Under the pieces are notes generated by a model. That model was given only the letters and a program-made list of their open reading frames with translations, had not been told where the DNA came from and did no database searches. From assembly GCA_046563655.1 (NCBI GenBank), contig CM102286.1:12276001-12340000 (forward strand): a stretch of 64,000 nt of DNA, given 5' to 3'. The translations under genes and the position numbers were made by a program. Source of the stretch: Yuukianura sp. NJ FZ-2021 (taxonomy: Eukaryota). This document shows positions 49,793 to 61,976 of the stretch, piece by piece. Each line of letters begins with the position of its first letter. Position 1 is the first letter of the stretch.

Positions 49793-51882
49793 ATGCGAGT
49801 AAAAAGTTTTTGGAGAATTGTTTCTAGTAGTGTCTATTGTAATTCAACACTAAATCCTGCCTTTGAATCAAAGGTTCGCTGTGTTGCGACAGCAAGAAAG
49901 GTAAATCGGTTTGATAAACTTACGTTTTAAAACGAAAGTTACCTTTACTTTCGTTGACATTCCAGAACAGTGGTGGAATTGGAACGCTCACATATCGTTT
50001 TACACCTTCATTACTTTTCCGAGCTGCTTCTACTTTACGAGCATCAGCAGTCAAGGTTTACCCAAAACGTCTCAAGGGGAACTTGAAAACAATGAAGATT
50101 GAAAGCCAACTTTACAAGGACGTACTCACACCGGAGCTGAACGTACTCCAGCAACTGTTTGTAAAACATGGATATGAACTTCGAATGGCTGGCGGCGCTG
50201 TTAGGTATTATCAGCACCCTCGAACATTTTCTATAAGGAAAATTGTGCCAGTTTTTTCTGGTTTGTAAGTTGGATTTTGTTCAACAGGGATCTCATAATG
50301 GGTATAAAGCCGACAGATGTTGACTTTGCCACTACAGCTACTCCGGACCAAATGAAGCAAATGTTTGAACAAGAAAGTATACGAATGATACATGCCAAAG
50401 GAGAGGAACATGGAACCATTACTGCTAGGATTAATGACAAAGAGAATTTCGAGGTTCGTTTCGGGTTATTGAAGTTGTCTAATGGTTAAATTGGAATAAA
50501 TATTGTGCTTACAGGTGACTACGCTGCGAATCGATATAGTGACAGACGGAAGACACGCTGAGGTTGAATTCACAAAGAATTGGGAGCTTGATGCCGGAAG
50601 GCGGGATCTAACCATAAACTCAATGTTTTTAGGTATGCAACGACAATTTTACTTATACCATACCTTTAATCCTAACATGAGTCTCTCAACAGGTTTTGAT
50701 GGGACTGTCTACGATTACTTCAATGGAGCCGACGATCTGGAACAACGTAAAGTACGATTTGTGGGCAATCCTTGTGACAGAATCCGTGAAGATTACCTCC
50801 GAATTCTGCGATACTTTAGGCAAGATTTTGCATTCAAAGAGTTTCAACCATCTTCCAACGATTTAACTTAACATTATTATGTTTCACTGACTAGATTCTA
50901 CGGTAGAATTGCATTAGAACCAGACAATCACGAAGAGGCAACTATCCAAGCCATTCGGGAAAATGTTGGCGGATTACAACAAATATCTGGAGAACGGATA
51001 TGGATGGAACTGCGGAAAATTCTGCAAGGAAATTACTCTCGTCATCTCTTCCTAAAAATGTTGGACTTAGGAATTGGAAACTTTATTGGTCTACCACCAA
51101 ACCCCAACATCGAAGAGCTGACTGCTCTTTATACGCGACTGGAAGAACTGGATACCCAAGCTCATCCAATGACACTATTAAGTTCGCTGCTAGCTGATGA
51201 GATTGAGGTAAGTTTAACTATAAGACGACAAATGACTTAGAAAGAAAAGGCAAAGTCTAAGTTGTAAATTGTTTTATTTATAGGCGTTGAAACTTCATGG
51301 ACGACTGAAGCTTAGTGCTTATGAGCGTGACCTTTGCCTCTTCATAATCCTGCATCGAGGAAAGCAACCTGATGAAAATCCTTTACGGTAGAACGAAAGT
51401 TCCAGTTATTGTTACAACGTTAAATCTAATTAATTAAGTCGTCAGCTCCAGCTCATGCGCAAATGTTCTACTTTGTAGATATTATCAGGCAGTTCTTGTC
51501 TGCTCCGCAAGTAAAACAAACGATGTCCGAACCTGGATCGAAGAACTTCTAAAGTACGAAGGACATGGCACATTGCTCCGACAATTCAAAGAATGGACCC
51601 CGCCCAGGTTTCCTATCAATGGATTCAAGCTAGCCGAGCACAAAGTACCAAGTGAGTTCAAATTATTCTACCTAATTTATCTCAATTAGTTTATGTTGTC
51701 TGCTCAGTGCTCTTATTAGTCAACATCTTTCATGATTTTCAGAAGGAAAGGCGTTTACCTCAGTGCTCAACTATTTGCGAGACTTGTGGATCGATTCCGA
51801 CTTTACCTTGACTGAGCAACAACTCGTCTCTCGTATTCCAGAAGCATTGGCAAAACACAACATTTCATCACCAGAAAAGTAA
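49793..51882 (+). CDS. TRNT1: CCA-adding tRNA nucleotidyltransferase 1
   Basis: [68 protein letters not shown] intron starts at 50820. Stop 51880-51882. Confidence 0.96.
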
Positions 51883-52348
51883 ATCAATAATTTATCTTAT
51901 TAGAATTTTGTTATTTTTTTGTGTACTTTTTACTTGTAAAAGCGAAAAAAAAAGCTTTAAGATAAAAGTTACCGGTTATGTTGAAAGTCCTGATTTGAGA
52001 AATGGCGTTTGACTAGCTGAGCGTGCGTTGCTCTAATAAGTGACTTGCAGTAGAAACTTGAGCACTAAGATGACTGACATTGGTAACTAAAAGTATCGCT
52101 CTTGCGATTACTAATTAAAACATGCGCACAGATCTATAATTCGTCCATTAGCGTTACACAAATAAAAAGTTTACAAAAAATAGGATAGTAGCGAGAGCGA
52201 GCCAGCAGCTAAAGTGCATTTTAAATACATTTTTGCGTTGATCGACGATACGGGAATGTTTCAGAGAAGGTTAAGTACGCCAAAGACTAAAACGTCGTCA
52301 ATGACGACTCGTCATGATCTCTCTTCCTAAATCCTAAACCAATACATA

Positions 52349-55300
52349 TTAGCAAGTAGTCGAGGCCGATGCAAGTATCGGAGCAAAGTATCTTCCTGAT
52401 TGGATGCAAATTTCGGGCATCGGAAGTCTAATAGGAGAAGGGCCGAACGGTGGTTCGATGTCTGCGTCTACTTCGTCTTTTCCTTCGTCCACCGGAGGAA
52501 GAAGTTTGGTTGAAGCGGAAGTTGCAGCGGCTTGATTTTTGTTAGCATCCGTTGTGGGCTGAGTACTAGAAGGATTTTCGACATCATCCTGCACGAAAAG
52601 AAAATGAAATAGATGAATTTGCATGATGCGATTGTCATAATTTCCAAATTTTGAAAGTGAACATACCTCACGGTAGAGAATTGGACTAAACGTTGCACAC
52701 ATGTTAAAAAATACTTGGCCAACAAAGAGAGCAGCCGTAATTGAGAGCCCAATCACAGCAAAGGCCTGGAGCGGCTTATTAACTTCGTAGCTGTTAGAGT
52801 TTACATAAGCCAGCAGGATCACTTGCAGCATAAACATGCACACGATCACAAAATTTATGGCCGTCCCATGAACTTGCTTTTGAAAAAAAAACATTAGCAG
52901 AAATGCAAATATTAGAAACAACGTTGTTATTTAAGATGTAAATTGTCAATTATCGTTATTCATTATGAAAGTTATTCTTACCTTGTCAACTTTACAAGGC
53001 CCATAAGCAAAGAAAATGTTGTACCGATCAACACAATGCTTCATGACCAAGTACATTAAACCTAGTAAAACCAAATTAATCGTATCACACAACCATGTCA
53101 AATCAATACTTTTCGTAAAAGATTACCGTAAAGCTTCTAGTAAACACACGGTGGTATATTCAACTTTCAACCCTGCCCTGGCGTTCTAAGCCTGGGTTGA
53201 ACCGAGAGACTGGTGTTTATTAGAAGTTTTACGGTAGTTTATACTATGAATTACCAAACGGAGTGATGACGGGACAAACGAGACTGAAGAGCGTAAAAAT
53301 TGCAAAGTTGAGCATCATCCATGCGTACTGAGCACCCAGTTGAAATTCCCAGAGAGATGCTTTCCGAACAGCAGCAACGTCAGCTTTCGAACGAGTGAAA
53401 GAAAGTCGAACCACGTAGAGAAAGAGTTCTGGGAATCGCATCAGTTCCGATGCCGTTCCAATGAAACACGATGTAGTAAGGTAATGCACAAAAAATGCCA
53501 CATTTGCTGACGAAAAAATCTAGTTGAAATACATAAAACACAATCACAATTAAGGCAAAATGCAATTGTTATTTCGTTAATCGAAGTTTAGATAACTAAG
53601 CAACTTACGCACTCCCATCGTACTGGCTTCCCCAGTAGAGCCACGAAACTAAAAATCAATTTTCCAAAATATGTACTCCAAGTACACTCCCAAACTAATG
53701 AAGGCTGTCCGAACATGACAACGTACTAACCTGGTTTGCCCCAAAGACGGTAATATAATAACCATAAACAAGAGGAATGTAAATGTTTTGATCATCTTAG
53801 ATCGGTTCTCGGCCGTCTTTGTCCAAAATCTTATCATTCGATCAGAAACGGACACCAAACTGGGAATGAGTACTGCCGTAATCCATAGTAGCACGGTTGG
53901 AATGGTATCACGAATGACTCCACTAACTCCCTACAGAAGTTGAATCACAATTAAGTTCATCAACTAATTTACAAAACAAACGACTTAAGTTAAGACTTAC
54001 AGCCTTATCGTCCGTTTCATTTTCTCGTTTCACCGTTAAATAGATGTTGAGAAAATTCAGGAGCATTACAGGAGTAGAGTAGAATAGAGTCAGGACAAGC
54101 AGGATGGAGTTGACCACCAACAATTTGAAATACCACGTTTTTGTACCTTGTGATAAATTTTCCCTGAAATAATCAATTAGATTTTAAAATTGTACTTTTC
54201 AACTTAAATACTATGCTATGTTATTCAAATACTATGTTATTTTGCTTAGGACTTTAAAGGCTTACCAAATGATATCTTCAGGAACGGGGGAAAATGAGAC
54301 GACCCATTGTCTCGACTTCAGAACGTCACTAAATGCTGATTGCGGAGTTTGGAAGAAACATTTAGCAGAAAGTCGATGGTCGACGATGACTGCTTCTGCC
54401 ATTGAGACTGTCTTCATTGTGACAAACAAAACAGGAAGATGCTTTGATAGCACATGACTCCGTTCAAGTACTGCCTTTTGCTTGTACTTGTCTACATCCC
54501 TCGCATAGAATTTTATAGCATCAGTCTAAAATCAACAAAATAGTAAATGTTAAATCATAAGGTCAAGCCGTGTTTATTCTAGAATATATTGTTACCGATT
54601 TAGCACAAGAGTTTTGACAGAGACAAACTGTGCCACAGCAATGTGGTGCCATAAGTAGACGTTGATGTGTGTCCCTAAAATAACGTGCGCAGTAGGCAAG
54701 TGATCGTTGTGAAGCTTCCCTGAAAAAAAATTTACAGATGTTATACGATTAATGATTAACCTAATCATTAATGAAACGCCTTGTTTACTAACATAGAGAT
54801 AAATAAACTTACATATTCGTTTCTATTTCTTGAAGACGGGAAATGTCGTAGGCAAAATTGACTTCAGTTATTTCCGACGCCGGATACACCTCACTAAAAC
54901 ACATTTGGGTTAAAATAAGAACTCCGATTTCTCATGCAATTCTATTAATACCGAAGCATAATTGCATATTGAGTGATTCGATGTTTTTAATACCTAAAGT
55001 GTCCTAGTACATCCGAATGCGTAGAACTTCTTGAGACACCGGAAATGAGTAGCGTGCATGTCCCACGTCTGTTTACAAACCGAAGACCTTTGGAAAAGTG
55101 CCTCATACTCAGAATGCTGATGAGCACAAAGATGATGGAGAGAATGATATGAACCCAAAGGAGCTTGGAACTAAAAATTAAAGAAAAAAGTCAACATCAA
55201 AAAAGTTGGTTCTAAGCAGAAAGAGCTTAATGTAAATTAACACTGCAGTTTTTGTAGCTTACTCTGAGTGTAAGTTTTGAATGGTGGCTTGACGAAAATC

Positions 55301-56196
55301 CGACAAATCTGGCATAGATTCAGAGCCACGCACTGCTGTTCCCTGAAGATGAATTGGTGTGATAATTAGTAACGAAAATAGAGTCATCACGGAGCCAAGG
55401 AAGATCAGATGCCTCTGATATTGCAGATATTGAACAGCGTCAGGCCCACTCTTTCGTTCGAATTGCTTATCACTGTAAACGCAAAAAGTATAGGATTGAT
55501 CAAGTATGGCATTTCAAACAGAAACCTTTACCAAAAATGGAAATTGTAACACAAAACTAACGTCAAAGTAAGTGAAATCCAGATCCATTGAAACATCCCT
55601 TTGTCTTGAGAGTCTACGTCAATACTTGTAGTTCTACGTTCTAGAGGAGGCCTACGTCTCATAGGCTGCTGGCCGTTCTGATTTTGATTAACACTAGGTC
55701 GTTCTGATGTAGTAGGACTGGTGGTTGTGGTGGTGCTTGCATTTGGATTCGGATCCAAACTACCATCATCTTCAAAGTCAAAGCTCGTTGAACCATAGAA
55801 CACTTCTGTCCATCTAACAAAACAAACCAAAGAAACCACTCGTATTAATTGCAAAACTAATCATAAATACACATTCCCAAAGAATAGGACCTTACTTTGT
55901 TTCGTATCGCTCCACCAAAGCCATCCTTCCGTAGTTAAAGGCACTTTTTCTTATAATTGAAAAACCTAAAATCATCAACTAAATCCAAGGTTTAGTTAGT
56001 AAGTGTCATCAACAAATTCCCAAACCAATGTTTAAGTATCATATGGAAATCTTACCGCCCACATCACAAGATTGAGTATCAAGTTCTGCGGAACTCCTTC
56101 ATAGCCACTAACTATGAGATCAGTTTGATTTCTTCTCCAGCCTCTGTAGATGTAACATTCTTCCCCCGCAGAGGACATCTCCCCACCGAAATCCAT
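52349..56196 (-). CDS. TMEM63: TMEM63/OSCA (CSC1-like) mechano/osmo-sensitive channel
   Basis: ATG 56196; YEGVPQNLILNL, GPDAVQYLQYQRHLI, SPVPEDIIW, FLLFMVIILPSLG, FIGTASELMR, EFQLGAQYAWM, CPVITPFG, MKHCVDRYNIFFAY. Confidence 0.92.
53124..53236. mobile_element. MITE family TA-CCGTAAA, copy 3, in a TMEM63 intron
   Basis: taccgtaaagcttctagtaaacac ... gtgtttattagaagttttacggta. Confidence 0.8.
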
Positions 56197-57397
56197 TACT
56201 GCTGACTAAATTCTGGTAGTAATCCAGAATCGAATCAGGAACCAGCGAAGTTTGAACTTTGAGCTTACTAAAAACAAAAAGTGTTTTCACATTAGTCGAA
56301 GTCGCACGATTTTTTTTACGAAACTAAAACGTAACGTATGAGTAAAAATTAACTTACGGCAGGGAAGGCTTCGCACTCGGTTGACCTTTACGACGGACCA
56401 ATGGAAGGTCTACTTAATATGAACAGTATCCTATCGTCAATTCACACATGTTGGGTTATTATTTACACTTCATTCTACTAATTACAAAAGCAATTAATCA
56501 CTTTACACTTGACTTGGAATTTTGAGCCACTGACTTAACCACGTCATTAATTAAAAGAAAACTAAAGTCAATGGCTAATCACAAGAGGAGATTACGCGTA
56601 GTGAAAAAACAGGAAAACAATCAGTCAAAAAATTACAGTGTTGAGTCATATGGATTTTTCACAATTTGAAATCTTCATATTCCCCCCAACCGCTTAAAGG
56701 TCCGTTTCGTCTTATAGCCTCAGATCCACATTACAAAATTTACAAACAGTAGCAAAAAATAGAATTCAACTCGCACTCGTATGATATTCTAAGGTCAAGG
56801 ACAACGTAATCCGCTTGACCTTTGACCTCAACGACGTTGCTTTTCTGTATTCGAAGATAAACCAGACACTAAACTACTCGATACGAGTTACGAACTAAAA
56901 CTCGCGTCTAGACTCTAAATCCAGAAACAACCAAGGTTTAGTTTCAATGTAAACTCGTAGACTCGTGCACTGCACTCGCGCCGTGCCAACACCGCGCCGG
57001 TCGACCCTGAAATACCAAACGCCGCTTCTGCTTCACTCAATTTTATTGCATTAATTATGAGGAAAGACAAAAGAAGAGTCTCAAAGTGTATTAACTTTGG
57101 AAAAACTAATTAAAGTCGTGTATAGTCATCGAAGGTAGGGAAAATGTCACAACGACAGCAGAGGCAGGAACTAGTAATTCTTGGGAGGACGAAACGCCAC
57201 GTTCAAAACCAATAAAATTGATTTCCCATCATCCTTCACTCCCTTAAAAATAATAATAGAGTTTTTGTTAAAGGAAAATGCTATTATTCTTGCGAATTAC
57301 ACAGCTAAGAGGGCAAAAATAAAATACAGCGAATTTCTTCATGCAGCATAAACTGAGAGTTAATCGTGTGTAGTTAAAGAACAATCCGGTTTTAGAT

Positions 57398-59358
57398 TTA
57401 GATAGCGTCAATGTCAAAGTCATCGGCCTCTTGATCTTGACTGTTGGCTTTGCTTGGTTCCTTCTCTCCGTTGACGGCTTTAGCTGGTGGTGGGGACTCA
57501 CGCTGTGCCTGGAGACTTGAAATTCTGGCACGGTCGTCGTATTCAATCTGTAAAAGCAATGGAAATCAAATGAATTACTAAGTACATTGTCAATTATTCA
57601 GGTCACTGTAAAGTTATAACAATGGATCCATTACCTCGACATCATCATCTTCCTCACTGTCATCCTCCTCCTCTTCCTCAGCTTCTTTGAGCCATTTGAT
57701 GAACGGTGCAGCCTTGGCGTGAATCTCAGTGCTTAAATCCTTGGAGACGTACTTCTTGCTAACCTTTGAATGCCACTCGATGAACACTTCTTCGTCCACA
57801 ATGTCCAGATCGTAAAGAGCCTAACAAAAACAACAGAAAGTCATTTAAAACTTTGACTCGACCAAAAGCCACCTAAATAATATGAACTTAGAGAGATTGC
57901 TCATAGTCTGCCTTATTGTTTGTAATCAAGCAGTTTTCATATCTGAATAACATAAATAATCATTGCCTTCCCCAATTCTGTTTGAAATGACCTTTGACCT
58001 CTCGAATTTACCTTGAGGATAAGCGGAACTTTTGGTAACAGAGCTTCTTTGTGCAGCTTGACAACCTGCTCGATTCCTCCCATCAAGTATCGCTGGCACT
58101 TGATATTTTCATGACAGAAGCGGAGCAACACAATTCGTCTTGTTTTGATCTAAAACAAAATAAAAAAATAAAATATTCAGAAGCTAAGATATTCAAAAAA
58201 AAAGTTAGTAAAATTTAATTACTTCAGCCAAGATGTTTTGCGTAAAAAGCAGCTCAGCTAAAATCAGAGCAGCCTTGGCTCTGACATCCAAACGTTCAGC
58301 CTCCAAGAGCAATTCCTTATCATCCAACTTCCCTCCAGCCAATTTTGTTTCCAGAAACTTGTAGAAAATGTCCATACGATCCTTCTCTGGCTTCTCCGAA
58401 TCCTCTGTAACAGCCAGCGACTTGACACCATCACTCAACTCTTGCTGCCGAGCTAGAACAGCTTCCTCGCTAACGTCAACTCCCCAGTCATCGTCATCTT
58501 CATCCTTCCCGCCCTGTTTGGCGGTGTCATTGGCTTCAATGAACTCATTGTCATCATCGTCCTCGTTCCGGTGTTCCTCTCCATCCCCATTCTTCTTGTT
58601 TCTCTTTGATCTTTTGCCTTCAGTAAGGGATGAGCCCTGTGAAGCTGGATTCACTCCTGTCACCACAAAAATTGTCAATTACTCTTTAGCTGCTTTTTTA
58701 AATGTTAATTGTACATTAATTAATTGGTTGATTTTTGATTACCTGGTGGATTCTTGATAATATAAGTGTTCAATTTGTGCTGTCCTTTGATTTGTCCAGA
58801 ATATCCGCAAGCTTTGCATGTTTGCATCAACGCTGTCTTTTTGGTGACAGCCAATGTAGTTTCAGGATTGTCACATTCTGGGCACAGCACAAACTTTTTG
58901 ATGAATCCGTCAAGCATATCTTGTAATTTTCCAGCTTCATGAGAGCCTGGACGAAATGTAAGAAAAAAGTTAAGAAACAGCATAAACAACAGTAAGTAGT
59001 TAGTAGTTCATTGATGGTAAATCATGAGTTATGTATTACCATTCACGATGAAACGTTCGTCTTTGAAATCAAATTGAGTTTGAGCTCCGAGTTCACAGCC
59101 AAAGTATTTTGTAGGATCTGTAAAAAAGAATTTTTTGTAACGCCTCATACATTCTCAGTCAATCCTGTTACTTAGATTGGAAGAGTGTTTTTTGGGAGAC
59201 TCACAAGTTGGAGGTCTGCCAAGAGCTTTTGCAATATCAACCATGTTCACGATGACTGTCTTGATGCCGTTCCCCTTCCCCTCGACCTTAGCTAGCAACT
59301 TCGGCATCTTGTAGCGATAGAAAGCGTCGCTGACGCTTCTGTTCACGTTCAAACTCAT
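57398..59358 (-). CDS. EIF5: Eukaryotic translation initiation factor 5
   Basis: [48 protein letters not shown]2 domain ([12 protein letters not shown]), C-terminal DFDIDAI* at 57398. Confidence 0.97.
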
Positions 59359-59955
59359 CCTCTCAGAGGTTGTAACAACTTCCTATGACGTCCACTTGAG
59401 TATTTGAAAAACCTAAAACAGAATTAAGTTTGTCAATTTATATATTCAAAAATCAGTCTTATTATGAGTATTAAATATATTTCCTATGATTTATACCTAA
59501 AATTGATTGGTTCTTGCCGTTGAGATGCTATAAGCGACCGACTGCATGGGTCTGTAGAAGTGTCTGTGATTGACGAACGCGTCCGAAGGGAGTCAGGTGG
59601 CCCTGTGAATGCAAGAGACAAATCAGAACAGGTCTCAATCATATGTCACCACACCAACTATAGCTTGAAATAACTTGACATAAGACACTAATTAAAATGA
59701 GAAGAAACTACAAGCAGAAGGCTGTTGACACTCAATAGCCATTGTTCAGTTTTAAAAGAACTACACATAAATTACTCAATGGCCTATACATCCAAAGTTC
59801 TTCAGTGTCATATTTCTGTTTAGGAATTTAAACGACAAAGGAATGTCGTTGCTATAACGAATAAAAATGTGTCCCCTGTTCTTACTTTTTGTAAGATGTT
59901 CTGTTCAATATGGAATTAAATTGTAAATCTTACCTGTTCTTTTCAACAAAGTCAT
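59355..59955 (-). promoter_or_regulatory. Spliced upstream ORF in the eIF5 5' leader, starting at a poor-context AUG
   Basis: uAUG at 59955 (UAU AUG A) in predicted leader exon 59934-60100. It ends 4 nt before the main AUG, or overlaps it as AUGA if exon 59497-59602 is included. Confidence 0.55.
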
Positions 59956-61976
59956 ATAAGTTGACTTATGAAACGAAAAAATGCACAAAATCGGGCACTG
60001 GTCCACGACTGTTGCAAATGGAATTCTCAAACCCGAAAGTCCTGGGAAGAAAATAGACGAACTCGATAGAATTGTGGTTGACAGGGGGTTTGTGGCGAAC
60101 CTGTAAATGAAGACATTCATGAGAAAATTAAAAAACGGAATGTTATAACATTTATAATTGTTGAAGTTGGAGAGGTCCCTAATGACCTTCCACTTTTCAT
60201 GTTGTACATTATTGGAAGATTCATGTTGCACCAGTAAGACTAATTTTCAGTAACAAAAGGAAAAGCAATGCCTTATAGACGGGTGGGGCACTTAATTAGT
60301 CAATGTTTAAAAAAAATCCTAATCCTATTTCCAAAGGGAGTAACTCAACGTCTTTTGACAAAATAGGCAATGCTTCGGACTTCAGCGATAGGTTTTTAAC
60401 GCTCCTTACTTAATGAAAATCAGTATTTCTTCACAAAATGGTAGTATGTCCCCGCCCGTCCATAAGGAAATCGATATACGATTTGTCTTTATCGATCTTC
60501 AATGCTAGTTTTAGTAAGTACTTTATGAGTTAATTTAATGCCAATACGAATTAATTAGGTACTAAAATTGAGAGACTTGCTTGAGGAATCGGGAAATTTT
60601 TGTTGAGGTCGTGTTTGTAAGCTGAACAAATCAGAATCAGAGTTCAATGATCAGCAGTTGGTTCCTGGACCTGTATCGTACTCCGTGTCTTTAATTTCTG
60701 ACGTTTTTCTTCCAGTTGATGAGCTTTCCAGTAGTTTCTGGAGCTGCTTTAAAATTTAGATGTCTCCGTCGATCGAAATTTCTTCCTTCTGGCCTGACTG
60801 GCACAATGGCTGCCCTTCTTAAAAACTCACTTGAATTGAATAGGCCCATGGGTTGAAGTAAAGTTACAGTGCACGTATTGTGTGTGAGTGGAGGGGGGTG
60901 CTATTGCAGCGTTGTCGACTCAGTATTCCCATACCAGACTGGGTCCGATTCCGATAACGACTTATATTGGGTATCCCAGTGTATAATTTTCCAAACGGTG
61001 GTGTAGAATGTCTGAAATAACCAACCAAAACACAGAACCGGTGCTATTCACATGGGCAATGTGCGAACCAAGATTATTTGACTGAACAAATCTTCAATTA
61101 TTAAACATTAGTGCACTTGCACCACTTAGCCACCCCACTTCTCCAACATTTCCAAATTTACGCCATCTTTTGTAGTGTTTGTCCATATAATATCTGGTCA
61201 TCTCAATCAACTGAAAGGGATTCGGGTCGGAATGCCCAAATGTCACTTTCGTGCGGACAAGCGAAATTTAAAAATTCGGAAACTGGGAACACTTCGTGTA
61301 TGTCGTATTGCGGAATCACACCATGGTTTGCTGAACGTACTTCAACCGTACGTGAAGCAAAAAGGCTAAAATTCTGCGCTAATCCAACCCAGAAAGAAAG
61401 GGAATAGGGAAGTGGGCGGTAGATAGGGGGGATTGACGATCAAAAAGCGAATGAGGAGAAAACGTTGGCAAATCGATACTACTACATCAGCCTTCAGCCA
61501 GTCGTCAATCAATCGGCTAAAGAAAATACCAGATGTGAATGGACCAATTTGGTATATCTTTATGCAATTTTCAGACATAAAACTAAACCTTGAAACACTA
61601 CATGCGTTGTTTTTATACCATACGGTATACGGTTGCATTAAAAAATCTCTTGGAAACAAGGTTATCCACTCGCTAGTTATGGAAAAGTAGTAAATTGCGA
61701 CAGGTTCTCCTCCATGTTAATCATGATGGCGAATGACGCATTAGAACTCCTCAACTGACGTATCGAGCATACGAATGTTGTCAAATCCATGATCTGCCAC
61801 CCCCGCTGTTCTATTGCCCTCTTCCGCCTCCGGATTCCATTTCCTGGAATGTTGATTCCACTATGACGTTTTGCTCGTTATCTTGACGATTTAGTTGAGA
61901 CCGTCTATTAAAACGTTGCAGACGTTATGAATCTCGACGACTGTAGTACGTTTCTCCTTATGTATAGAAATCTTAC

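Noticed and set aside
29052..59358. Functional cluster of translation/RNA genes (GCN2, FBL, ZPR1, INTS8, TRNT1, eIF5)
   Set aside because: Mixed orientations; expected by chance in a compact housekeeping-gene region, with no shared regulatory signal seen.
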